Part shown: positions 26,430 to 40,655 of the stretch, piece by piece
How the letters are laid out: each line of letters begins with the position of its first letter
How positions within the stretch are numbered: the stretch's first letter is position 1
NCBI RefSeq assembly: GCF_009914755.1
Contig: NC_060933.1
From: the human T2T-CHM13v2.0 reference genome, Homo sapiens
Direction: 5' to 3' (one strand)
DNA: 64,000 nucleotides
Position numbers and translations under genes: made by a program
The notes under the pieces: model-generated
Databases searched by the model: none
What the model saw: only the letters and a program-made list of their open reading frames with translations
Told to the model about the DNA's origin: nothing

Positions 26430-26910
26430 TTGGTACAGCCATACAGAAAGCAATCTGGCATCCGATGCATAGCTTTGACCAAGCATTTCTACTTTAGGGG
26501 TTCTATGCTAGGGAAATGAGGCAAAATGCAGATAAAGCCTTATGCATAAAGATGTTCACTGAAATGCTATTTATAATAGTGAAAAATTATAAACAACCTC
26601 AGTGTCCAACAGTAGGAAAACAGTTACGTTGTGGTATATCCAAATAGTGGGAATGATAGGTGGCAAATTAAAAATTATTACTGAGAGTAGATAAAAACAT
26701 GTAGAGATTCCCAAGCCATGTTAATTAAAATAAAGACACAAAATTATAAAGTATATCAATTATACATATTTATACAAAACATATATTTAGAGACTAAAGA
26801 CCAAGAGGGAGATTAGTAAAATGCTAACAATGGTTCAATCTGGAATAATGGCATTGTGCATAATTTTAATTTCCTTCTTCATGATTCTATATACATTTTA
26901 TATCACATTT
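26430..26910 (+). mobile_element. Old L1M/L1ME fragment
   Basis: aattggtacagcc...tttgacc.agca.ttctactt.tagg...gatgttcactg.a.tgctatttataatagtgaaaaatt..aaacaacct..gtgtccaacagtagg is typical of the L1M ORF2/3'UTR region. Confidence 0.75.
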
Positions 26911-27261
26911 ACTACAATGAAGAATGCAATATTGCTATAGCGATTAGAACAAACATTTTGAAAAGCAAATCATTTCCCTTCCCTCGTTCAAACCCTTAAA
27001 GAACCCTTTCCTCCTGCCTCCTTGACTCTCATTCCCTCAACCCATGAAAATCCACAGTCTCTCGGCAAAGTGGGAAAACCCTGAAAACAGAGCCCAGTGC
27101 ACGGCGTCCAAACCGAACGCTCAGCTCTGTACGCTGGGAGGTGCTGCTTCAGCATGCTCCCACGTGCAGAGCTGTGACTGCTGAGACTGGGTCTCTCCAC
27201 CGCCACACAATGAAACAAAGCCCCAGGTAGAGCCATCTGGGGAGGAAAGAAGCCAACTTAC

Positions 27262-27307
27262 CTCCATTAAACTTAAATGGATTCCTATGAGGTAGGGCAT
27301 GGGAGCA
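27262..27307 (-). CDS. DENND1A: DENND1A internal coding exon (46 nt, phase 2 to 0): (C)APMPYLIGIHLSLME
   Basis: The - strand reads tgtctctgtttctcttcacag|TGCTCCCATGCCCTACCTCATAGGAATCCATTTAAGTTTAATGGAG|gtaagt. Its first base completes the split TG/T Cys codon of the previous exon, and it encodes the DENN motif APMPYLIG. Confidence 0.97.
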
Positions 27308-30300
27308 CTGTGAAGAGAAACAGAGACACACAGCTGCTTTAATGTCTGTTGCTTCTGACAGAAAATTACAGATGGTTCACTATTTGGAGAAAAACTGTTT
27401 TAATAAACGTATGCATAGTTACATTTCCTTTCACAACAAAAATCCTAATATGACATTTTGTTCCCAAGCCTAGAAACTTCAGAAGAATTTCAAAACGTGG
27501 GCAGCATTGGAAACAGCATGGGTAGCAGGAAGAGCATCAACCTTGATATTAGCCCCTAAAGAGCGGCTCTGCAACTGCACAGCCTCAGTTGCCTTATCTT
27601 TAAAATGGAATCCTGGATTCCAGCCAGCACGTTGTTACTAGAATCAAAGAAAATATACGTTAAATGATCAGCAGAGTTCTAATACAGATGGGAACGATTA
27701 TTGCCATGATTACAACAGAAAAAGCAGTTAAGGTTGGATGAAGGGCATAATGTGTTTCAAAGAAGAATATTTTGTATTTGCTGCTTCCTCTGTCATCAAG
27801 AGATGTGATCTAACTGTCCATTCTGATTGGACAAAGTACTTGGAGAGCTGCCAGCAAGCATCTCCTCCCCAGTTGCACACATGCCATCCCATGACACTAT
27901 AATTCAGAAAGCCTCTGCCAACTGCTTCATTCACGGAGCCACGGGTTGCCTAAGTCAGTGACTGAGCAAAGGCATGAGAACTAAACTCCAATGGGTTTAA
28001 AACCTGGGCATTTTGGATACACCGGTCCTGCCGTTGATTTCAGGGGTCGGTGTGTATGTGTGTGTGTGTATACATTATCATTTATGTTACCTACCAATAA
28101 CAAATGTGCTAGACATTATATGAGGAACTTTAAATTCATCTATTCTAATCCACATAACAACTTTGCAATACCCATAGATACAATACCCATTTTACAGAGA
28201 AGGGACTAGGCCTAAAGAGGTTAGTTAAATCACTTACCTAATACCACAAAACAAAGTCAGTGGTAGACCTGGGATTTGATTCCCAAGTATGCATTTCTTC
28301 CTTTGTGCCACACTGACTTTGTAATATAGAACCTGAAATCCCCAAGCTCACTCCCCATGCAATGCTTTCCTTTGGGTTAGGGGAAGGAGGTCAAGGGATA
28401 GCGAGGAAGGGTGTGATTGGCAACTTTTCCATCTGTCTCTGTAGTATGGGATATAGTCTATGAAATGTGCAGATGGTATTTTGTGAACCTAGAGAAAAGA
28501 CACCTGACTCAGACTGGGGTGAACAGGTACTTTTCTTCTGGGGCAGCTGGTAGAGTAGAGGTGGATGGACAAGAATGGCTCTTTGGGGACAAAGTTGGAG
28601 AAACAAGGAGTGGTAAGTAATGAGACAGGAGAGGTTTGCTTCCAACTGAATACTAAGGAGTTTAGGCTTTATCCTGAAAGCAATGGATAGGCAAGGGAGG
28701 TTTCTAAACATCACATGTATATTTTTAAATTGCTCAAACATTTAAAAATAAGAAAGGACACAATTCCCTCATTACCATTCAACAAATAAAATTCAAGCAA
28801 AAATCCTTTCTTTCCCCAGAATATAAAATGTCCTCCTTACTACAGATCTCAGCAGTAATATAATATGTCTTGGGAACATGTAAAACAGACTTGAATATTA
28901 GCAGCTCAGTTTGCTAACTATTCTAGAAGACTTTTGTATTTGATAATAGCTAAAGAAAGAACTATACACACAATTGCAGTGAAAGTGGAGTTGTCTTTTC
29001 TTCTTCTTCTTCTTCTTTTTTTTAGGTATCTGCTGTGTGTATTCAGCTTCTCTTTGCTTCTAGGGGCAAGGAAATGCCCTGTGATATTTTTTTTCCCCTT
29101 AAACTGTAAACCATTAGTTTAGCTGCCAGCTACACAAATGCTCAAACTTCCCAGTGTGCCTGGCTCTGCTGTCCAAGCTTTTTCCAGTGTACACTGAAAT
29201 GAATGTGTTTCTAATTAAGTAGCTTCAGGAACACGACAGCTTCAATGTCAAAAATACAAAGTCTGAACCCTGGCAGGAAGTCTTAAGACTGCAAATGTCT
29301 CATCTAGTGGAACCTTGCCTAATGTAATGAAAGGAAGCAGGAAGAGTACAAATTCCAGAAAAATGGCCACTTATTAATGTGACCAGAAGCACAGCCTAAC
29401 ACATAGAAGGGAGAAAGCACAAATCCATAATATTTAACTAAATCTTATCACCCTTCCCATCTCCTACATTTAATCATGCAATTGACCAGTGACCATGGGT
29501 TTTAACCAGAATTGTAGAACTGAAATTCCAACAAATGAGTTAATATACAGAAAAAGACATTCAAACGGTTGAAAATAAATATGTATAGCAAAACCCCTCT
29601 GTATAACTTAACCATAGGATCTTATGTATGTAGACTTTAATGCTACACCCTTTTGTCCTACAATAAAAATCAATGATACCCTGAAAGGAAAAAGGGACCT
29701 CATGGAAGAGACTGAAGAGGCAAGAAAGGGCAAAATGGAACTCATTCTTCAAGTATCTTTAGATAGGCATTTTTTAAAGCCCAATAATTATCCAAAGAGT
29801 AATTATGGCCTATCGCAGAAATGTAGTTTTCTTAGCCAAGTATTGTTAGAACTGCAACAGCTCTGTATTTAGAAAATATTTAAAACACATTTATTCTGAA
29901 ATCATAGCAGCTCCATGTTTTGTATGAATGCAAATTTGGACAAATACCTTTTACATTGTCATCATTTACGTATCAAGCCTCAGATACTTCCCTGAATCTA
30001 CTGCATGTTTGCTCTGCAAATATATAATTACGAATTCCAAGTGGTGAGAGGGAGAGGGAAGAAAAAGAAACCCAGAATTTCCTGAACATCTCAATGTGGT
30101 ACTTATCCAATTGGGTAATTCTAGGTACAGTCTGAAAACAATTTCTATTCTCACTGTATCTCAATAATTATTGTAGCTACTGACTCAGTTTCTTGGAACC
30201 TCTTCTTTGTCTTTTTATTTTTAAAAGAAATGTTTGGGGAGAAAAACACCTACCCATGATTATATTATCCTAACACAATTACTTTTTCTTTTGCATTCCT

Positions 30301-33300
30301 TTCTAATACTGGCTCACATTAACAGCTTTATATCTTTGAAATTATAAAGTGCATACATTGTTTTATTTTCTCATTGGCTACATGAACATTTCCCAGATTG
30401 TTCTATAATTTTTGTGATTATTAAAGACTGCATAATATTCCACCAAATATGGATGTATCATAATTTATCGAATGCTATCCCTAGAGTAGACATTAAGTTG
30501 CTTCCAATTTTCTATAAGTATCACTGTGATAAAAATGAACACCTTCATGTTGCATGAATTCCTAGACACCGAATTACTAAAAATTAAAGGACAGGGCTGT
30601 TTCTTATCTTTTGTTATATCCTAGCAAAGCATTCTCCAATAAGGCAGTACCTGGCCTAGTAGAAATCTTTCAGGATTGTTGTAGAGATTAGAGACAACCT
30701 CTGACGTACCTGGCACAGCAGCAGCACATGGTAGGGTTTTCTCTGAGCCCCTGGCATGGCTGGCACCATTGGACCCACTCTCCTATTACCCACAGAATGG
30801 TTTCTTGTTCCAGCCCTGGTTCTGTAGCATACCCGCTCTAGGATACCTGGTAAACTGCTGGTAAGAATGGTCAAGATGCCATGAGGAATGGGAGGTGCTT
30901 GACAGGCACACACCATCTCTACACATGGATTTCTGACTCCCAAGCACACTCTTGTCTCCCGGATACTCCACTGAGTTCAGGAGGGTTGCTCATCACTCTC
31001 GTCAGGAGGGTGCCTTTCCTTTCTAATGTACCACCAATAACGGAAAAACTATCAATGAAACAATGGTTCATGACTTTCTGATCACTTGGACACATTTTTA
31101 AAAACCTCTTATCACTCTTGAGCATACATTAAAAATAAAACAGCAAAATAAATTGGGTAAGCTATTTAAAAAAAAAAAACTTCTTCATATTCAGAATCCA
31201 ACACATCTGAATCCTTTTCTAATTCAGAGGCATAAACGTCCATGTTTTTCCAAGGGTATCTCAGTTACAAAACCAAACCAAAATCCATCTACTAGAAGTG
31301 ATCTTCCTGTTTAGGTTCAAGAAAGAACTTATTTGTTGCTGTTCTAGAAAACATGAATGGAAATATCTGCTTCAGTAATAGCAAATGTATATACTCTGCT
31401 TCTCTTCTCCAGAGCCTTTTAGCATTCACAGTGACTTTACCTTTCAATATTGAATCATAGTGCAATTTTGAAGACATTTTAAACGGCAATTAAACAACAT
31501 GTGCAGAACCAACAATGCACATAATTAAATTAAAGTGGTGATAATATTAACAGTTATAACCAAACTTATGCATAGGCAGGTCATGACAACCATGTCACAA
31601 CTGCTGTATGACTGACAGTGATTGTAGGATGCTATTGTACATCCTGGAATAGCAGAATGGGGTATATCTGTATGAAGCTTTTGTTCTCTGGGAATTACTG
31701 CACTATCTGATTTCATCAGTTACAAACGTGAGAGTAAAAGTGACTCTTTTTTCCTTCTCCCCTGAAAAGGAAAAGGGCTCTGTTGCTGGTGTTGAGGCAG
31801 ACACAACAGAATAACCTTTACCTGGAAGATATCTTTAGTTTGAATCCTCTTAAGAGGAAAAGGAACTTTTATTGAGCTACTATAATTCAGTCACCTTTAT
31901 GCATTACACACATAATGCTCAAGGGAACTCTGCAAGGTGGTGCGATCATCCATATTTTCAGGTTAGGAAACACGCTCAGAAAGATAAAATTTGCCAAGAT
32001 CGCACAGCTGGTCAGTGGTGAAGCCGTACTTCAGACGCAAGGCTGCTGAACAGACAGCCCAAGCTCTGCACATGAGGTCACACAGCACATACTCAGTACT
32101 TAAGCTGAAAGGAAAAGAGCGCTGGGGTACCAAAAGGGCTATTCGCCAGTCCTCTTGGTTCCAGGCCTGTGATGCTGAGCGCTTCTCTGACAGGTAAGTC
32201 CTATGGCATGAGCTTATTCCCAGCAAGGAAGAAGCAAGAATATGGAAACTGCAGACTTACTAACGATCCTGTAGTCCTTGTTCATTATTACCGCACTTTC
32301 ACAATTTGTTTAATTCCTTTCCCCCAGATAACCAGGGCTCTGTTAATCATGTTCCCCTGAGGTGAGCAGCTACTAATTGGAAATGAGTCCAGTGAAATAA
32401 AGGAACACTGGCTGCTTAAAAAAAAAAAAAATACAGCTTCCCAAGACAAAGTGGGAGGGGAGAGGAAACAAGGGAGAGGCGGTCCCTCCACCTCCAGGTG
32501 GGCAACACCTCTGCTATCATGAAGGAACACAGCTTAGGGCAGCCCAGGGATTTGGAAAGATCACTGTTTACACATAGGTATCCACGTTACAATATACACA
32601 TCACAGTGTCACCTTACCTCTCAGAGGGCCACCACCTTCTTAATTAAATACCCTGATCAGGCAAAGGGGATCCCACAGTCAGAAAGAAAAACTCTGAAGG
32701 AGGTCTTATGTGAGCTTTTCTTTCTTTTTTTGTAAAAGACACAAACGTGTAAACACAGATTGTCTTGTGGTTTTAAATTCTGCTCGAAATAATGAGCCTG
32801 GCTTTATTAGAGAGGTTAAAGGACAAGAGAACGGGAAAAAGAAAAAGAACAGACACCAGAGAACATATCTTGCTGGAGAATGCGAATGATCATGGTTTTG
32901 GGCTTAGTGAGAGCGATGAGACAGCTGCTCTTCAGGCTAATGTAACTGCCAGTGTAGGAGAGGAAGCCAGTAAGAGCAGCCACCACTGACTGCAAATTTG
33001 CCAAGAGCCAGCATAGGCTAAGGCATTTTCCTCATTAGATTCTCACCATAGCAGCATAAGGAGGGTGCTATCAGAACTACCATTTCACAGATGGAAAAAC
33101 TAAGATTGGAAAAGCTAAATCATTCATCTGACGTCACACAGCTAGTAAGTGGCAGAACTGGGACTAGAACCCAAGCCCATGATACGGGGATCAAGCAAGC
33201 TTCTTATTTCCTGGAGACCAGCATTCCCACAGCCTGCAGAGGAAGGAGGTTAGGTGGTTTTCTCTAACCTGCTCCCTAAGGGCTGGCCTGCAGCTGTGAC

Positions 33301-33738
33301 AAGACCTAGGAGCTTCTACATTCTGTCTGAGCTCCTCCTCCCCTGCTACCTTTTCCATCACAGGAAGCTTCTGGTCCCTGAAGTGCCTCTGAGCTCATCT
33401 CAGTCACATGGTGGCCCCACAGGCCTCAGCTTCACTATTTCTTCAAGTCCTACTGAAGCCATGCTGCCTGCCTCTCAGATTGCCCAGTGGTGGCTAACAC
33501 CTCTCTTGGTAGGGGCTTTTGTCCGGGTTACCCATTTGGCATAAAGCATGTGCTGATTTGAAGGGTGACTCTAGATTGTCAGTCACAAAAGCACAGAATC
33601 CTGTTTCCCAGAGCCTCCCATGGTGCCATGTGCAGAGCAGGAAGGGTAAAACAGTCGAGCTATTTACTGAGCACACACCACATTTCAAGGGCTGCATGGG
33701 AGGCTCCAGCCACCTTATCTCATTTAATCCTCAAATAA

Positions 33739-34182
<444 letters not shown>

Positions 34183-36750
34183 TAACCATTATGCTACTGT
34201 CGACAAAAAATGGTTACTGGATAATTATAGCTAAAAAAGTAAAATAGCTAGTGGGTTCATAGTCAGAATAAAACTATATTTGCCTTACTAGCTGGAATTG
34301 ACTGATACTCTTTTCTGTTCTAAGCGGGATTTAAGGCAATTTATATGAATATTTGCAACATAGCAACAAAAGTATGAAAAGAAATAGGAGCTAAGGGGAA
34401 AAAAAAAGGAAGCTGTGGCAAGGTTAGTGTTTCTATTTCATGCTGGGACACCTGCTGGGATGGTCACAGGTTTGGCTCTGAGCACTCTGGCCACCAACCC
34501 AAAAGGGAAACAAGACTGTGAGGTGTTTTGTGGTGTCCACAGGAGAAAAATAAACCAGCCACCCAGGAGCTTGAATTTTCAAAAGGCTCCTGGGGAGGGA
34601 AAAGTGTTTTCCACAGGCCGGTTAGTCAGTCAGTCAACAGGTATCACTAATATCAGGCACCATGCTGGCCTGGGGCAAGAGGATAGAATAGATCTGGTCC
34701 CCATGTGAAGCTCACAGTTAATGGCAGATCAAATAAGCGCATTATTGCATATGCGCAAACCGCTACAAGGAGACGCACAGGGTGTTGTCGGGTACACAAC
34801 GGAAGGGCCTGAGATGACCTCATTTCATCTCTGCAGCAATCTTGAAAGGTGGGTCCCCATAATTCACAGAGGAACCCATGGCTCAAAGAGGTTAAGTGAC
34901 TCGACAAAGGTCACAGCTGGTGAGAAGTAGAAAGTATGGGGTAACTGCCATGAGGTAGGCAAGCTTTTTTCTTTTTAGGGGAAAAAGTATTTAATGTCTT
35001 TCCTGGTTTCCAACCCAGCCCTCTCCGATTTATGAGCAACAACAGAGGATGACGATCCATGAGGAGACCAGGAATAATTCTAGATTAGGGGAGAAGGCAG
35101 AGATGGCCTAGTTTCCATTTGTGGTTTCGACAGCAAGAGCACGGGGCCCTGCCACAGCAGAGGTGAGCTCAGCGTGCACTGATGTCCAGTGGGCACTGGA
35201 GATGGTTTGCTAATGCAAGACACGTGTATCACTGGAGCTGATCAGTGACTGGGAAAGGGAGGACAATGCCCTTCTGAGTGTGGCTTTGTGGCTTCCTGGG
35301 GTAACCTATGCAGGTGGGGGTGGTGGAGATGCCTTCTAGAGCCCCAAGCCACTGGACCCAACAGAAATGAACACATGAGTTACAAAGATAACACCTGGAC
35401 AAAATTCTGGAGAGGTCAACATCAAAGCCTGGGGTAGCCCGCCCTTTTGAGCCTCCTTGGCCTACCGGAAGGCGACAGACTCGGAAAACATCAGGAAGGG
35501 CTCCGTGGCTAAGACCACTGCGGCAGGAGAAGTTAATCACAGAGCAAAGGTCAGGAGACAGGGCTCTCTGCTGCCACAGAGAATTCAATGAGAACCGTAA
35601 TAGCTAAAGCCAGACACGGAAAGGAAGTCTCAAGTTGTGAGCCACAAGCAGCCCATGAGAGCCTGTGGAAACACATGAATGAATGAGCCACAAAATAAAT
35701 AAGAGAAAAAGAGAAAGAGGCTTATGGAGAAATAAATGAAGAGAAAGTAACAGAAAAAAAGGATAAAAAAATAGCGCAACTGATAATAAAAGGAGATTTT
35801 CTCTTGCTGTTTTTCCAGGACTCATCCCATGTGCCAAGATGCATAGCATCCAATTACCTTTGCAGCCTCGCCTTTCCATTCATCACGTTTTAAAGGGAAG
35901 ACGAACCCGCACTTGCTGAGAGGTCACTCAGAGCCTATCACTATGCTGGTGCTGCACATACTGTCCCTGGTGCCAGCACCTGAAAAAGGCAGGCACACTA
36001 TCTCCAGAAGCCCTGCCATGAGGTCACTTGCTGCACTGCTGAAACTTCCTGTGACCCTGATGTTACTTGGTCTGTGGCCTCTGCCTTATGGGTGAACTAT
36101 GGCTCCCAGGAACATATCTAGAGTGTCGTTGCTATAGAGCCCCCTATACTGTGCCCCAGAATGTCCAGAGTTTTCTAAGTGTTGGGTTCAAGCCAGGCTC
36201 CAAATCAGGGAGGAATGAGGAATGTGTCACTCACGTACAGAATGTGTCATGAGAAATGGAAAACCAGGCCAATGCTCAGGCAGGTAGGCAGGAGTCGGGG
36301 CCAGCAACGTTGCATGGAGGCCAGCAGAAACTAGGGCAGGGGAGGCGGGCTGTTGCCCCTCCCGACATTAGGCAGAAGGAGGGGGCTGGGGAAGGTGGGA
36401 GCGGCAGGGCAGGTCCAGAGGCTCAGAGGCAGATACAGTAGCCAGGAGGTGGTTAGGCTGTGGTCCAGACAGCTCCCCAAAGGGTGGGTGGCTGAGCCAA
36501 CAAGCACCATTCCCCTATGTGGGAAGGTCACTCCTGTGTTAAAGGGACACCTTGTCTTCTTTAACCCTGAAAGTCTCAGTAACGCTGGGAGTGACACTGC
36601 TGAGGCCAGTGAGAGCTGTCCCGCTATACTCCTGACATCGGTGCCTTCCGGGGTGCCTCTAGAGGGACAGGGCTAAAGGCTGAATGGCAACCATCTACAC
36701 AGACTAACCCATTTTTATAGACCTTTCGCTTTTTGCTATATGTACTTTAA

Positions 36751-37109
<359 letters not shown>

Positions 37110-37231
37110 TAACAATATAGACTGTATTAAAAATCTAATGTGTCTGGAATTAGTGGTGGTGATATATCTATTAGATGGATAGTGGATTAGATAGTTGGAA
37201 TAGACTACAAACCACTGATCTGTATACATAC

Positions 37232-37567
<336 letters not shown>

Positions 37568-37716
37568 TGAATTTTGTGGTATGTGGATTAAATTTCAACT
37601 TAAAAAATGTAGCAGAGAAATTGAAAAGACAGTTTTCCTATAGAGTCTTCAGTATAGAGATCAGCACAGAATCTGTAACATAGATAATACAAAGGGCCCA
37701 GTCTCTTCTTTACCTA

Positions 37717-38147
<431 letters not shown>

Positions 38148-39010
38148 TCAAGGAAATGAAGGTGCATCTCAGTGTAGGGCTCAGTGACTGTTATCACCTC
38201 AAAACATTTTTCCAGCTGCCTACTTGGTGCCAGGCTCCTCATGTACAGCAATGTTTTTAGCTATCTCCCTGGCAATGACTTAGCAAAAGACACTGAGGCT
38301 CAGGCAGGAGATGTGACTCACTCAAAGTCACATCTTTAGTAGGACCAGAGTCTAGGATTTGGACCCAAGACTTTGACTTCCAAATCTGAACTGTTTTCTC
38401 TCACTTGGCCTCTCTGTTCAAGCCTCAGGGTCAAGTTTAGCCAAATCTCAGTTGAGGAATTACCTAACTAGTAATCTATGATTTCTGATCATTAAATCAA
38501 CACACATTTGTGTATGTGTGTGTGCATTTCCTAATCATCAGTCCCACCACAGCCCAGCTTCCCTTCCTCTTCTGTCTGAAACTAAATTCCTGGTCCTTAT
38601 CCCCTCCCACCCCTCCCAGATGAGCTCTGTCACAGTGGCACCATTCCACTCTTGGCGTCTTGCTGCTTCTTAGCTTAAAAAAAAATATCTCTATTCTCCA
38701 TATCTTGACTGGATGCTTGAGTTCGTTGGTGAAGTAGTGTTTCCTCAGATCCAGAACCATCTATGTCCACCTATCTTCCTATGCCCACTGCCAGGAATAT
38801 AGTAAGTATTCATAAGCACTTGCTGCAAAATGGCAATGACATACAACTTTTGCTTACTTACTGGAACCCAATCTTTAACAAAAGCTAGAAAGCCCAGAGT
38901 TTGGCATACATAAGAGAATTTTGGCCACAACTATCCATCTAATCCACTTCCATTCTGTGTGTTAAGTCTATATATTTAGTTGATGCAAAAAAAAAATTCA
39001 GTTGAAATTC

Positions 39011-39310
39011 TTTTTTTTTTTTTTTTTCCAAGACAGGGTCTTGCTCTACTGCCCAGGCTGGAGTGCAGTGGCACGATCTTGGCTCACTGTAACCATCACC
39101 CCCCAGGTTCAAGCAATTCTCGTGCTTCAGCCTCCTGAGTAGCTGGGATTACAGGCATGTACCACCACACCCAGCTAATTTTTTCTATTTTTAGTAGAGA
39201 TGGGGTTTCACTATGTTGCCCAGGCTGGTCTTGAACTCTTGGCCCCAAGTGATCCACCCCCTTGGCCTCCCAAAGTGCTGGGATATAGGTGTGAGCCACC
39301 ATACCTGGCC
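39011..39310 (-). mobile_element. Full-length Alu
   Basis: Reverse-strand Alu with TSD tcagttgaaattct (38998-39011 and 39311-39324). Confidence 0.95.
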
Positions 39311-40429
39311 TCAGTTGAAATTCTTAGCACCAGAGATACATTAATATATATTGACTATATATACAGCTATATAGCTATGAATAACACAAAGATAGTATTT
39401 ACTATTTACAGAGCACCTGCTTTGTGTCAGTAGTAATCACTATTCACCTCCACCTGAAAACATTGGCTCAGTGACCTCCAATCTAGTAAATGGGGAAGCC
39501 AGGTGAGGGCCAGACATTTCTGCTTCCGCCGCACCACACTTTCATTTGAGTTCTGTCCCTGCCATCAAGAATATCAACAATTCCACTTAATCTAGCATTG
39601 ATCTATTTCCTATGCAAAATTTCATGGCACCGATGAAGACAGTGATTGGAATCGACGCAGATCTGATTAACTGGATGTTACTTCAGAATTGTGTCCAGAT
39701 TGATGCCCCATCGCCTATGTGGACTGTGCATCTTTTGTTGAAAATCCTACATGGAATATGTGATGCACCATGTGGGGGCTGATTCAGAACCCTACATACA
39801 GCACACAAAGGGCCTGAAACTAGCATCTCTCAGAGAGATCTGAGCATCCCCACTCTGAGAGGAAGAACGGCTTCCAGAGTCATCTGGAAATGCCAAGAAA
39901 TATGAGGCATTTTACAAAGTCAAATGTAAAATCGAAACCTTCACTGTACATATCCTATTTGACTTCTCAGTTCAACAATGCCCTCAAAAAGCATCAGGAG
40001 CTAGCTACTAACTTGGCTTTTGACCTGACTGTCCTTTGGGGGAAAAGCATGAGCTTGTCTTGATCTGCTTTGAAAATATTTTATCACAAATGTGTGTTAA
40101 TAAGTGCCTAGAATAAACCAAATATACAATTCAAGTTGAGAATTGATTTGTGGTCCCTATTTAGGACTACTTCTGAAGGAGGAAGGGGGAAAAAGAAATT
40201 TACATGGGAAATACCATATGGTTTCTACTGGGACCTTTTATTAGCAAAATTTAATTAGCATAGTGCCTGGTACATAATAAGTGCTCTATAAATATTTGCT
40301 GAATAAATGCATAATTAATGAATGACAACATACGTCTACAATTAGCAAGTCATCAAGAAGCTGACATGAAGAATTTTTTCATAAAATCTCGGTGATGGGC
40401 ACAATTTATTCTCTAACACTTCAGAGGAT

Positions 40430-40655
40430 ATTAGTAAGGAAAGCTTTAATATCAGATGGCCTTGGATTTCAAGTGCAGGCTCCACTATTTCTTGGCTGTG
40501 TGACAGTAGGTAAGTTATTAAACCTCTCTGAGCTTCAATTTCCTAATATATACAATGGAGCTATATTTACCTTGCAGCTTGATTTTGAAGATTTGCAATA
40601 ATGTTTATAAAGAGCTTGTCACACACACAGTACTCAATAGATGGTGATTATTATG
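40430..40655 (+). mobile_element. MIR
   Basis: ggctgtgtgacagtaggtaagttattaaacctctctgagcttcaatttcc...tactcaatagatgg. Confidence 0.75.

Noticed and set aside
28996-29026. (CTT)n-T8-AG, resembling a strong + strand splice acceptor
   Set aside because: I found no matching donor or other evidence of an antisense transcript; a simple repeat explains it.
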